64,000 nt of DNA from Omnitrophica WOR_2 bacterium GWF2_43_52 (lineage in GTDB: Bacteria > Omnitrophota > Gorgyraeia > Gygaellales > UBA12090): NCBI GenBank assembly GCA_001805445.1, contig MHGF01000022.1, forward strand, positions 74,613 to 138,612. Reading direction: 5' to 3'. Within the stretch, counting starts at the first letter, position 1, and each line of letters starts with the position of its first letter. Both the position numbers and the translations under genes were made by a program. The notes below the pieces were generated by a model. That model ran no database searches. It worked only from the letters and a program-made list of their open reading frames with translations, and was not told where the DNA came from. Shown one piece after another: positions 47,496 to 57,166 of this stretch.

Positions 47496-49064
47496 TTAAT
47501 GTTTGAAGTGCCTTAGCCCGGTAAATACCATAGAGATCTTATGCTGATCAGCGGTTTTGATAATCTGTTCGTCAGCAATTGAACCGCCGGGCTGGATTAT
47601 CGCGGCAATCCGGTATTTTGCCGCTAACTGTACCGCGTCTTCTTTGGGAAAAAACGCGTCTGAGGCAAGGACTGATCCTGCGGTATGAATATCTGCTTTT
47701 CTGGTTGCGATAAATACTGAATCTACCCGAGACATCTGCCCCGCGCCGATGCCAACGGTTTTTTTCCCTTTGGCTAAAATAATCGCGTTAGACTTGGTAT
47801 GCTTGGCCACTTTCCAGGCAAAAATCAGGGATTCCATTTCTTTGGCAGTGGGTTTTTGCTTGGTCACCACTTTGAGATTTTTTTCATCCAAGGTAAGCGC
47901 ATCTTCATCTTGCACCAAGAGGCCGCCTGAAATCCGCTTGAAATCCAGCTGTAGTAAGTTTTCCCGCAATGAAGGCAACTCTAAAAGCCGCACATTTTTC
48001 TTTTCCTTTAATACGCTCAGCGCCTCTAAACTGAACCTGGGAGAAACAACACATTCCAGAAAACCACTTTTTGCAATTAATTTTGATAAGGATAAATCTA
48101 TTTCCCTGTTTACAGCGACAATCCCGCCGAAAGCTGAAAGTTTATCGCACGCCCATGCCTGACGGTACGCCTTAAGCACATCGTCGTTTTCTGCCACACC
48201 GCAGGGATTATTATGTTTGATAAAAACTGCCGCCGGTAAACTAAATTCCTTGACGATATTAACCGCGGCATTTAAATCTAAAATATTGTTAAAAGAAAGC
48301 TCCTTGCCCCAAAGCTGTTTCATTGCCGCGAGGCCCTTTGTTTCATTTCCATCGCGGTAAAACGCGGCTTTCTGGTGCGGATTTTCGCCGTAACGTAAAT
48401 CCTGGATCTTGACAAAATTGAGGCCTACACAATGGGGAAACCCGTGTGTAGTGCTATCTTTTTCTAAAATATGCGCCTTTAGGTAACGATGTATAGCCGC
48501 GTCATAATGGCTGGTTTCCTTAAACACCTCTATACCTAATTCTTGAAGCGTTTTTTCAGAAAGGCTACCCTTGTTTTCTTTTAATTCGGTTACAATTGAG
48601 GAATAACGGCTCGTAGTACAGACGACGGCAACAGACCGGTGATTCTTGGCCGCTGAACGCAGCATACTTGGGCCGCCGATATCAATATTTTCAATTACTT
48701 CCTCTATTGAAACACCCGGCTTCTGGGTTGTTTTTTCAAAAGGATACAAATTTACCACCACCATATCAATAAGCCCGATCTTATGCTCTTTCAAGCTTTC
48801 CATATGCTTAGGGTTATCCCGAAGCGCAAGCAAACCTCCATGAATCTTTGGATGCAGCGTCTTTACTCTTCCGTCGAGCATTTCGGGAAATCCTGTGTAA
48901 TCAGAGACCTCTATCACCGGTATTTTCGCCTCCCGCAATGCCTTGGCGGTTCCGCCGGTAGATAAAATCTCAACCCCTAAAGTATGCAACTCTAACGCAA
49001 AATCCACAATTCCGGCTTTATCCGAAACACTAATCAACGCGCGTTTAATTTTTACCATTTTCAC
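47496..49064 (-). CDS. purH: Bifunctional AICAR transformylase / IMP cyclohydrolase
   Basis: RALISVSDK, GRVKTLHP, LRYGENPHQ, RHFKH. Confidence 0.98.
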   Translation of the reverse strand: MKMVKIKRALISVSDKAGIVDFALELHTLGVEILSTGGTAKALREAKIPVIEVSDYTGFPEMLDGRVKTLHPKIHGGLLALRDNPKHMESLKEHKIGLIDMVVVNLYPFEKTTQKPGVSIEEVIENIDIGGPSMLRSAAKNHRSVAVVCTTSRYSSIVTELKENKGSLSEKTLQELGIEVFKETSHYDAAIHRYLKAHILEKDSTTHGFPHCVGLNFVKIQDLRYGENPHQKAAFYRDGNETKGLAAMKQLWGKELSFNNILDLNAAVNIVKEFSLPAAVFIKHNNPCGVAENDDVLKAYRQAWACDKLSAFGGIVAVNREIDLSLSKLIAKSGFLECVVSPRFSLEALSVLKEKKNVRLLELPSLRENLLQLDFKRISGGLLVQDEDALTLDEKNLKVVTKQKPTAKEMESLIFAWKVAKHTKSNAIILAKGKKTVGIGAGQMSRVDSVFIATRKADIHTAGSVLASDAFFPKEDAVQLAAKYRIAAIIQPGGSIADEQIIKTADQHKISMVFTGLRHFKH

Positions 49065-49088
49065 CCTCTCATAGTTATTGAATGACGC

Positions 49089-49284
49089 AAGCTCAACAAT
49101 TCTTTTAGAGCGAGCTTAAGGAGCGCAGGAGCTGTTTATGAGGCCGCAGCGAAAAGCAGGGGGACACGGAAACTGACCGAGCCCGCCGAAGGCGGGGCGA
49201 GGGAATTTCCGAGGGGGCTCCGCCCGCTTTGAGCAAGGCCGAATGCTCCGAGCACCGCGCGAGCGAAAAATAATTGTTGAGCTT
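49089..49284. mobile_element. MITE-like structured element
   Basis: 13-bp terminal inverted repeats AAGCTCAACAATT / AATTGTTGAGCTT around a GC-rich self-complementary interior. Confidence 0.55.
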
Positions 49285-49302
49285 TTATTCCCACGACCAA
49301 TT

Positions 49303-49995
49303 TTACGTCCTCACATTCAGCGTATCTCCATCCTTCATCACATATTCTCTACCCTCAAGATGCATATACTGTTTTGCCTGGGCTAAACCTCCTGCCTTCA
49401 CCACATCCTCATAACCGATAATCTCAGCCTTAATAAACTTCTGCTGGATAGCCGAATGAATCGCTCCGGCCGCGTCATAAGCGGTCGCGCCTTTTTTTAT
49501 GGGCCAGGCCTTAAGTTCCTTGTCTTTTGCCCCGGTAATAAAGCAAATCATCCCAAAGGCGTAAAAACTTTCAAACATTATATCCTGTGCCGGTTTATTT
49601 TCATTTTTATCCACAAAAAGTGTCGGCTTTATGCTTACCAGGTTATAATTAAGCAGTAATTTCCTTTCCTCTTCGCTAAAGTTTTCTTCTATCAGGCATT
49701 TATTCTTGTCTAAAATATCTTTGAGGCGCAGAATAAAGCTTTTATCTTCCCCCTCTTTGAGGCGCTCAAGACGGTTTTCTACCATCTCTATATCCTGAAT
49801 AATCAAATCTAATTTCGCCTCTTTTTCGCAAATAATCCCATCAGCATCCTTAACCCTTGAGCCGTCAAAATATTCATTAGTGATATACGTGGTCTTGGAA
49901 GGTTTGATCAGGGGCTCCAGGATATCCAAACGCCCATCAACCATGTTTTTCTTACCTAACGGAAACTCGGACAATCCAATAACAGATATTTTCAT
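49303..49995 (-). CDS. Reduced YchF-like protein (DUF933 domain)
   Basis: D.RLD.L...KP.K, KAW.IKKG.TA..AAG.IHS...FIKAE, EGREY.MKDGD; only 230 aa. Confidence 0.85.
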   Translation of the reverse strand: MKISVIGLSEFPLGKKNMVDGRLDILEPLIKPSKTTYITNEYFDGSRVKDADGIICEKEAKLDLIIQDIEMVENRLERLKEGEDKSFILRLKDILDKNKCLIEENFSEEERKLLLNYNLVSIKPTLFVDKNENKPAQDIMFESFYAFGMICFITGAKDKELKAWPIKKGATAYDAAGAIHSAIQQKFIKAEIIGYEDVVKAGGLAQAKQYMHLEGREYVMKDGDTLNVRT

Positions 49996-50241
49996 TCTTT
50001 CCTTTCTTCGTAATGAAATAGCACATCGATACTTATGTTTCTACTCAAATAACGCACTCGATCCTGTTGTCGCACACACTGGACTTTTCCATAATTTTGA
50101 CAGGCACTATCATGGGAGTGTATTTTACCACAAAAGAGAGGCTTTGGAACTCAAATTTTCTTATATTGACGCTCCGAGATTACGGTGGTATAAATAAAAC
50201 AACGTAGCAGCCACAATAATAAAAAACGAATTCGTGTATTC

Positions 50242-50625
50242 ATGGTTAGCAGAATGAAAAAAAGGTTAGCCGCACTACTTCTTTGTCTTGCTATTCTTTC
50301 TCCTCTTGCTTGTAAAAAAGCTACTAAAACTGATTTTGATAATAAAAATAACGCGCATTTTCAATCGGAATACAAAAATTACAAAGGATTTACTATCCCC
50401 ACCGAATGGATTGACAGGCAACCTTCATCTAAAGAGAAGTCTCTACAGATATACGAAGGAGACTCATTTGATAAAGCAATAGATCTTCTGGGAATACCCT
50501 TTCAAGATTCAGGAAAAGATAAAAACATTTGGCATTACAGATTAGACGACGGGACTTATGTACAGCTCATCGGAACAGAAAAGATAGAAAAAATAGTAAG
50601 ATTCACCGACAAAGATATTAAATAA
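50242..50625 (+). CDS. Hypothetical lipoprotein
   Basis: MKKR, hydrophobic stretch and LAC lipobox-like motif; LLGIP...W.Y. Confidence 0.7.
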   Translation: MVSRMKKRLAALLLCLAILSPLACKKATKTDFDNKNNAHFQSEYKNYKGFTIPTEWIDRQPSSKEKSLQIYEGDSFDKAIDLLGIPFQDSGKDKNIWHYRLDDGTYVQLIGTEKIEKIVRFTDKDIK

Positions 50626-50671
50626 AACCTGCTTTTGTATTGAGCCCCATCTTAAATTTATTTTTGTAAAT

Positions 50672-50727
50672 AGGGACACGCCCCAATTTTTAACGATGTA
50701 ATGCACTTAAAGTTGGGAGGTGCCCCT
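50672..50727. repeat. Imperfect REP-like inverted repeat
   Basis: agggacacgccccaattttta ... taaagttgggaggtgcccct between convergent genes. Confidence 0.55.
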
Positions 50728-51889
50728 ATTTTTTTGTTTTGGCTTCCTTGACAAAGATTAAGAAGATAAGCGAGATAATGGTAAGGGTAAGAGATAGATA
50801 GAAAGGGCTTACGATGCTCACTTTATCCCAGAGCAGGCCGGCGATAAGCGAAGCGGGCAGGGCAGAGAGGCCTATCACCATCTGAAATGCCCCTAAACTG
50901 CTTGCCTTATAATCTTGTGGGGCAAGTTCGGAAACAAAGGTCTTTTGCACCGGCTCCAAAGCTGCCTTGTGCAGGCCGTATAACACAAATACCAGGACAA
51001 TCGCGGTATGCGCCTTAGAAAAGATAGCAATCAAGCACACCGCTATCCATAAACTATAGGCAACCACTAATACCGCTTTTCTTCCTATGCGGTCGGAAAG
51101 CCTGCCAAAAGGAAGAGAAAATATCGCCGCAAAAATGGTAAATAGTAAATACAACACCGGCACCGCGGCTATACTAAATCCGCATTTTTTGGCATAGATA
51201 AGCAAAAACGAATAACTAAAAGAGCCAAGGGCAAAGATGGCGTTTAAGAAAAGAAATAGCCTAAAATTCCTATCCAGATGTTTTACGGTAAGGCCTTTAT
51301 AAATCTTTGTATCAGAAACCTTTTGTTCTTTGATAAAGAGAAAAATTATAAGTGCTCCGATAAGAGATGGAATTGCCGCCAGAAGAAACAGCTTTCTATA
51401 TCCTAAGATATTTAAAAATACAATGCTCACGACAATCCCGCAGACCGCGCCAAAATTATCCATTGCCCGCAGTAAACCAAAATTGTAGCCCCTGTTTTCT
51501 TTAGTGGAAATATCGGCAACAATGGCGTCTCGGGGGGCACTGCGTATTTTTCCTGCCCTATCTAAAATCCTAAAAGGTATCAAATGCTGCCATATGCCTG
51601 ATATGCTATAGCCTATCCTTGAAGCTCCGCCGCACAAATATCCTATCCAGACAAAAACCTTTCTTTTGCGTATCCTGTCTGAAACATAGCCGGAAGCTGC
51701 CTGCGATAGAGATACTAAGGCCTCCCCCAAGCCGTCCAAAAGCCCCAAGACCGCCATATTCGCCCCTAATACCGAAGTAACAAACATCGGCCAGATAGGA
51801 TAAATAATATCTGAACCTAAATCATTCAAGAATGAGGCTAAGGCGAAAATCCTGACCGTTTTTTTTGTTTCTTTAGGCTCCATACTCAT
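50726..51889 (-). CDS. MFS transporter
   Basis: GYVSDRIRKRK and GRLSDRIGRK motifs; about 12 TM segments. Confidence 0.95.
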   Translation of the reverse strand: MSMEPKETKKTVRIFALASFLNDLGSDIIYPIWPMFVTSVLGANMAVLGLLDGLGEALVSLSQAASGYVSDRIRKRKVFVWIGYLCGGASRIGYSISGIWQHLIPFRILDRAGKIRSAPRDAIVADISTKENRGYNFGLLRAMDNFGAVCGIVVSIVFLNILGYRKLFLLAAIPSLIGALIIFLFIKEQKVSDTKIYKGLTVKHLDRNFRLFLFLNAIFALGSFSYSFLLIYAKKCGFSIAAVPVLYLLFTIFAAIFSLPFGRLSDRIGRKAVLVVAYSLWIAVCLIAIFSKAHTAIVLVFVLYGLHKAALEPVQKTFVSELAPQDYKASSLGAFQMVIGLSALPASLIAGLLWDKVSIVSPFYLSLTLTIISLIFLIFVKEAKTKK

Positions 51890-51892
51890 AAT

Positions 51893-51934
51893 AAAAAATG
51901 GGCTAGAGTTATCCCTGCTTTTCTAGCCCATTTT
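51893..51934 (-). terminator. Intrinsic terminator after the kamA-like gene
   Basis: aaaatgggctaga / tctagcccatttt stem followed by a T run on the minus strand. Confidence 0.7.
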
Positions 51935-51949
51935 CTGTTATATACGTTA

Positions 51950-53140
51950 TTATTCGATATACGTATAAATCTTCCCGCGGTAGTTGCGTAAGACATACTT
52001 TCCTTTTGCCTGAGAAAGCATATAATTCGGGCTTACGGGGATTTTTCCACCGCCGCCGGGGCCGTCAATGACAAAAGTAGGAACGGCATACCCTGAGGTA
52101 TGGCCCCTGAGCTTTTCTATAATGTTTATTCCTGTAGCCACAGGCGTCCTAAAATGCGCGGTGCCTTTTACAGGATCACACTGGTAAATATAATACGGCC
52201 GCACCCTGATTTCTAAAAGCTCGTGCATTAACCGTTTCATAATATACGGTTTGTCGTTAATACCTTTTAAAAGCACAGTCTGGCTGCCCATAGGGAAACC
52301 GTTATCTGCCAACATATCACAGGCAAGCTTTGTGCGCTTATTGATTTCTTTAGGATGATTGAAATGGATGCTCAGCCAAATAGGCGAATATTTCTTAAGC
52401 ATTCTGACAAAATCCTCGGTTATTCTCTGGGGCAGGCTTACCGGAATGCGCGTTCCGATACGCAACAACTCCACATGAGAAATAGCACGAAGATTCTTCA
52501 GGATTTCCTCCAGGTTCTCATCCTCAAGCATAAAGGGGTCGCCGCCTGAAATAAGCACATCGCGTATTTTGCGGTTTGCCTTGATATACTCAAATGCTTG
52601 ATCAAACTTGGAAGGAGCGGCAACTGCCGATTTATCGCCAACAAGCCTGCGCCGCGTGCAATGGCGGCAATATGCCGCGCAGCTTTCGGTAGCCAAAAAC
52701 AATACCCTGTCCGGATAACGGTGCACAAGCCCGGGGACAGGAGAATCCCTGTCCTCCGCGCAAGGGTCAGACATCTCATGCGGGCTATTCTGAAATTCAA
52801 GGCCTAAGGAGACAAATTGCCTGCGGATGGGGCAATTAGGGTCATTAGGGTCCATCAACGTTGCCAAATGCGGAGTGATAGCAAGCCCAAGCTTCCCGCT
52901 TGATTTCTTAATTCCCAGCTCTTCCTCTTTTGTTAAATTGATTACCTTGGCAAGCGCCTCCTTGGTGCGGATTCTGTTACGCATCTGCCAATGCCAATCT
53001 TCCCAGTCCAAAGGATTCACGTCTTTAAAAAGCTCAATATCATGATAATCAACACCCGTGCGCCTGGTAACATGGTTATTTGATAAAAAGGGCAATGCCA
53101 ACTGGTATTTAAGTTTTTCAGCTACAAGTGTATTATTCAG
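51950..53140 (-). CDS. KamA family radical SAM (lysine 2,3-aminomutase-like)
   Basis: HRYPDR, CAAYCRHC, SGGDP, RGHTSGYAVP, GGGGK. The frame extends to a CTG at 53140 directly after AGGAGGTG. Confidence 0.93.
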   Translation of the reverse strand: MNNTLVAEKLKYQLALPFLSNNHVTRRTGVDYHDIELFKDVNPLDWEDWHWQMRNRIRTKEALAKVINLTKEEELGIKKSSGKLGLAITPHLATLMDPNDPNCPIRRQFVSLGLEFQNSPHEMSDPCAEDRDSPVPGLVHRYPDRVLFLATESCAAYCRHCTRRRLVGDKSAVAAPSKFDQAFEYIKANRKIRDVLISGGDPFMLEDENLEEILKNLRAISHVELLRIGTRIPVSLPQRITEDFVRMLKKYSPIWLSIHFNHPKEINKRTKLACDMLADNGFPMGSQTVLLKGINDKPYIMKRLMHELLEIRVRPYYIYQCDPVKGTAHFRTPVATGINIIEKLRGHTSGYAVPTFVIDGPGGGGKIPVSPNYMLSQAKGKYVLRNYRGKIYTYIE

Positions 53141-53185
53141 TGTACACCTCCTTGTATAATATATGTAATTAACTATGTTACATGC

Positions 53186-53380
53186 GGGGATTAGGTGATT
53201 AGGGGATCGGGATTTGAGGATTGGGATATCAGGATATTGGGAACAAAATCCCGGTCTTTCCCCTAATTCCCCAGTCTCCTAATCTCCTCCCGCCCACGGC
53301 GGGATCCCGCTTCATCCAAGACTATAGCGGGAAAACCCTAATTTCCTAATACCCTGGTGTCCCTGCCTGCGGCAGGCAGG
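53186..53380. repeat. Composite repeat region
   Basis: Degenerate GGGATTAG-like octamers and their complements, a double hairpin at 53288-53332, and the CCTGCCTGCGGCAGGCAGG palindrome. Confidence 0.75.
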
Positions 53381-53451
53381 CGCACCCCCCCTTTAGTGCA
53401 CTAATAATTCTTAGAAACTAATTTCATAGTGCACTAGTATTTGCGTAACCG

Positions 53452-54522
53452 TTATGGCGTAGTTTTACGTAATATGCCTCGTTGTTCGGCGTAGTCAACC
53501 GAACAGACATCTTTTTTCAACCCATATCTTTCTAACGCGCCATGCAATACTGTTTTAATCAAATCTGGGTATCCCATGCCTGCTGCGCGGCTCATCACCG
53601 GAAAATTCGATTCTTTCGGGTCAAGGCCGGGCAGAGGATTCACTTCTAAGACATACGGAATATTATCATGGCTTAACCGGATATCGGTCCGGGATATATC
53701 ATAGCATCCCAGAGCCTTGTGGGCGCGCAGCGCCACTTCTTTTATTGTATCCGTAGTTTCTTCAGACAGCCTCGCGGGGCAATAAAAATGCGGGACACAT
53801 CCCATTTCCTTATTTCCCTGAAATTCCTTCATCTTCCAGGAATAAAAAAACTCCCCACTGGCATGGCAATTAGAAAAATCGACCTCTAATATAGGCAGCG
53901 CGATTGCTTTCGCGTTACCTAATACCCCCACCGTTATTTCTTTTCCTTCAATAAATTCCTCAACCAATGCCTCATGCTTGTACGTTTCTAATGTCCGTTC
54001 TATTTGCCTGCGAAGATCTTCTTTGGTATAAACAACGCTTGAAACGCTGATACCTTTTCCCGAACCTTCACAGTTTGGCTTAACGATTAAAGGGAATTTG
54101 AGCTTGGGGTTGAGGGATGTATGTAAAGAATCAAATATCTGAAAACGCGGGGTAGGTATATTTTCCGCCATAAAGACCCGTTTTGCCATGGCTTTATCTA
54201 ACGCTAATGCGAGCGCGAAAGGGCCTGAACCTGTATACGGAATTCTAAAAAAATCAAGCAGCGCGGGGACCTCGGATTCCCTGAATTTAGAATCAGAGCC
54301 CTCGGCAATATTAAAGACAAAGTCTACAGAATTATTTTGAAAAAAGGAGAGGAGCTGTTTAGGGTTATTCGCTTCAACTAAAACAACTTCATGGCCCAGG
54401 TTTTTTATGGCCGCGGCAATACTTAAGACCGTCTCCTCGGAATCAAATTCCGAATAATAATCGGGAGGCTTATCAGAGGCCTTATCTTTCTTTTTTATAC
54501 TACAGGTAAGGGCTATCTTCAT
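53452..54522 (-). CDS. D-Ala-D-Ala ligase-like ATP-grasp enzyme
   Basis: FNIAEG, LDK, VKP..EGSGKG, EEFIEG, RTDIR, LEVNPLPG. Confidence 0.92.
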   Translation of the reverse strand: MKIALTCSIKKKDKASDKPPDYYSEFDSEETVLSIAAAIKNLGHEVVLVEANNPKQLLSFFQNNSVDFVFNIAEGSDSKFRESEVPALLDFFRIPYTGSGPFALALALDKAMAKRVFMAENIPTPRFQIFDSLHTSLNPKLKFPLIVKPNCEGSGKGISVSSVVYTKEDLRRQIERTLETYKHEALVEEFIEGKEITVGVLGNAKAIALPILEVDFSNCHASGEFFYSWKMKEFQGNKEMGCVPHFYCPARLSEETTDTIKEVALRAHKALGCYDISRTDIRLSHDNIPYVLEVNPLPGLDPKESNFPVMSRAAGMGYPDLIKTVLHGALERYGLKKDVCSVDYAEQRGILRKTTP

Positions 54523-55518
54523 TTAGTTCATACCGTAGCGCGAAAACGCGGCATCAATGATACGCTTAATCATTTCCGCGTACGGCACCTTGAGGTAATT
54601 GGCAATACACATAAAGACATCTTCCCCGGACAAGCTCGGTAGAGGATTAATCTCCAAGACATACGGCTCATTATCCGCGGTTACCCGGAAATCGACTCTT
54701 CCGAAATCGCGGCAGTCAATTGCCTTATAGGTGCGTAAAGCCAAGCTTTTAAGTTTACGTTCTAAAGATTTATCTATCGCGGGAGAACAGACGTACTCCA
54801 GGCGGTTAGAATGGATTCTGGTAAACGTATAGAATTTATCACCCAGTTTTAATTTTCCGTCAATCTTTATCTGTACCGGAGGCAACACTTCAGGATTATG
54901 ATTGCCTATTATGGCTACGGTGTACTCGGTGCCCGGGATAAATTCTTCAATGATCGCTGCCTGGCGATAGGTTTTGACGATATAGGCTATTTGTCTTTCG
55001 AGCGCGTCAACAGTTTTGACACGCGATTTTTCGCTCAAACCTTTTGAAGAACCTTCATAGCGCGGTTTAACGATTAAAGGGAATTTCATCTTTTTCATCT
55101 TGGCGACAGTGTCGCTAACGCTCTCTGTTTCAAAAAATCTTGGTGTAGGAATCCCTTCCGCTGCAAGAATCCGCTTTGTTATCGCCTTATCCAAACTGAT
55201 TCCAAGCGTCAGGGCATCAGAACCAACACAAGGAATACCTTTCATTTCGAGAATTAGCGGCACCTGAGATTCCCTGTTCCTGCCGGCTTTACCTTCGGCA
55301 ATATTAAAAACTATATCGACGTTCAGATGGCCTATTTTCTTCAGAAGATTATCGACATTACCGATTTTTACTACCGTATAGCCCAGCGATTCTATTGTCT
55401 GGGCAATCAGATTAACAGTAAGAGGATGATCGAATTCGGCATTGGCATCCGGAGGATCGCTATCTTTTAATTTATACTCTGTCCTTAAATCGTAGGTTAA
55501 GCCGATTTTTCTCTTCAT
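54523..55518 (-). CDS. D-Ala-D-Ala ligase-like ATP-grasp enzyme, paralog
   Basis: AEFD, FNIAEG, VKPRYEGSSKG, RVDFR, LEINPLP. Confidence 0.92.
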   Translation of the reverse strand: MKRKIGLTYDLRTEYKLKDSDPPDANAEFDHPLTVNLIAQTIESLGYTVVKIGNVDNLLKKIGHLNVDIVFNIAEGKAGRNRESQVPLILEMKGIPCVGSDALTLGISLDKAITKRILAAEGIPTPRFFETESVSDTVAKMKKMKFPLIVKPRYEGSSKGLSEKSRVKTVDALERQIAYIVKTYRQAAIIEEFIPGTEYTVAIIGNHNPEVLPPVQIKIDGKLKLGDKFYTFTRIHSNRLEYVCSPAIDKSLERKLKSLALRTYKAIDCRDFGRVDFRVTADNEPYVLEINPLPSLSGEDVFMCIANYLKVPYAEMIKRIIDAAFSRYGMN

Positions 55519-55578
55519 ATAGATTTAGTGCTCCGTGACATAACTTTCTGCTAATTTATGATGTAGTAGTGCATCAAC

Positions 55579-55614
55579 AAAAAAGAGACACAGTGTACTC
55601 CTTTGTGTCTCTTT
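55579..55614 (-). terminator. Terminator-like hairpin upstream of the ATP-grasp operon
   Basis: aaagagacaca / tgtgtctcttt stem followed by a T run on the minus strand. Confidence 0.6.
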
Positions 55615-55835
55615 GCGTTATCTCATTTTTGATTGCGAAATCCCGTCCTCCCTAAAAAACTCTTTTTTTTACGCATCTACATATTGTGTTACTATCATTT
55701 TTTTAGCACAACATATTCGTATTGTCAAGAAAAAAATCACTCTTTCGAAGAGCTTTTTTATTCATTGTCGGGCCAGGAGCTGTTTCCTGATGCTCTTTTT
55801 AAAAGAATCTCGCGCAGAGCAGTCTACTACCACAG

Positions 55836-56459
55836 CTAGGCCTGCGACAAAAAATACGTTAAATTAAAAAGTTCCGTTGACAAATCCACGTTGCGCAATT
55901 TCACAGCCGCAGGCGCTGCCAAAGTTATCGGAGCAAAATTCAGTATCGCTTTTATACCGCACTGTGTCAATTGTTCCATAACCGCTTGCGCCGCGTTAAC
56001 CGGCGTCGCGATAATAGCTATTTCTATAGTAAGGGATTTCACTATTTTTTTCATGTCTTCTAAAGGATAAATCGTTACTCCGCCCTTTTTCTTATCGAAT
56101 TTCTTGGGGTCGACATCAAAACAAGCAACGATAGTAAGGTTTTGCTCTTTGAAACCTTTGTAGGTTAAAAGCGCCGAACCAAGGTTACCCGCGCCGCAGA
56201 CACAGACATTCCAGCTTTTATTTAACCCTAATATCTGGCTAAGCTTATTTTTCAAGCTATCAATGGAATATCCGACTCCGCGCCTGCCAAACTGCCCGAA
56301 ATACCAGAGGTCTCGGCGCAATTGATCTGAACTAATGGTTAGTTCCCGGGCTAAATCCTGCGACGATATCGTGGTAGTAGTCCTCGTCTTAGACAATTCC
56401 TGCAAGGTGCGTAAATATAAGGCCAAACGGCTTATAGTATCCTTAGATGGCTTTTTCAT
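55836..56459 (-). CDS. rex: Redox-sensing repressor Rex
   Basis: RL..Y.R.L, RRDL.YFG.FG.RG.GY, GAGNLG.AL, ILNFAP. Confidence 0.97.
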   Translation of the reverse strand: MKKPSKDTISRLALYLRTLQELSKTRTTTTISSQDLARELTISSDQLRRDLWYFGQFGRRGVGYSIDSLKNKLSQILGLNKSWNVCVCGAGNLGSALLTYKGFKEQNLTIVACFDVDPKKFDKKKGGVTIYPLEDMKKIVKSLTIEIAIIATPVNAAQAVMEQLTQCGIKAILNFAPITLAAPAAVKLRNVDLSTELFNLTYFLSQA

Positions 56460-56506
56460 ACGTCAATAGCTTGATAAACAACACTGATTACAAAAAATTT
56501 CCGCGC

Positions 56507-57166
56507 TCATCGGTGTTTCACAACCCCTCTGCGCGGGCAATATTTTCTAATAGCACACACACTGCATAATGGCGATACGGGTTTGCATACATTTTGTCCC
56601 CAGGTAACTAAGAGTTTATTATATTCTATCCAATGCCTTTTTGGCAATCTATTTCTCAAACACATCTCTGTTTTTTCCGGAGTCTTAGTCCTGCAAAAAC
56701 CTAAACGGTTGGTTATCCTATGCACATGGGTATCGACACATATCCCCAATTTCCCAAAGCCTTCGGTCATGACTAAATTAGCGGTTTTTCTCCCTACCCC
56801 TTTCAAACGTAAAAGCCCTTCTAAGGTATCCGGCACTGCTGAAGAAAATTGTCCTGTCAATACCTTACAGATATCCTTAATCCTTTTTGCTTTGGTATGG
56901 TAAAAACCGACGGGATAGATCGCCTTTTCTATCTGCCTTTTTGTAAGCCTCAGTATCTGAGAAGGAGTTTTTGCCAATGCAAAGAGGCGGCGGGACGCAT
57001 CTTGCGTCGTTTTGTCTTTTGTGCGTAAACTCAAAATACACGATATAAGCACAAAAAATGCTCCGCGATATTCTTTGGATATTTGGCTTACTGAGGGAAG
57101 GTTAAAATGAAAGGTTTCCCTTTCTAAAATACCGATAATCGCATCAAGCTTTTTTTCTTCTTTCAC
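56507..57166 (-). CDS. nth: Endonuclease III
   Basis: GVGRKTAN, VDTHVHR, C-terminal Cx6Cx2Cx5C. Confidence 0.95.
   Translation of the reverse strand: MKEEKKLDAIIGILERETFHFNLPSVSQISKEYRGAFFVLISCILSLRTKDKTTQDASRRLFALAKTPSQILRLTKRQIEKAIYPVGFYHTKAKRIKDICKVLTGQFSSAVPDTLEGLLRLKGVGRKTANLVMTEGFGKLGICVDTHVHRITNRLGFCRTKTPEKTEMCLRNRLPKRHWIEYNKLLVTWGQNVCKPVSPLCSVCAIRKYCPRRGVVKHR

Noticed and set aside
49065-49300. ZTP (pfl) riboswitch upstream of purH
   Set aside because: The conserved GACUGGCG and CGCCUGGGC motifs were not found on the minus strand; the region looks like an element with terminal inverted repeats.
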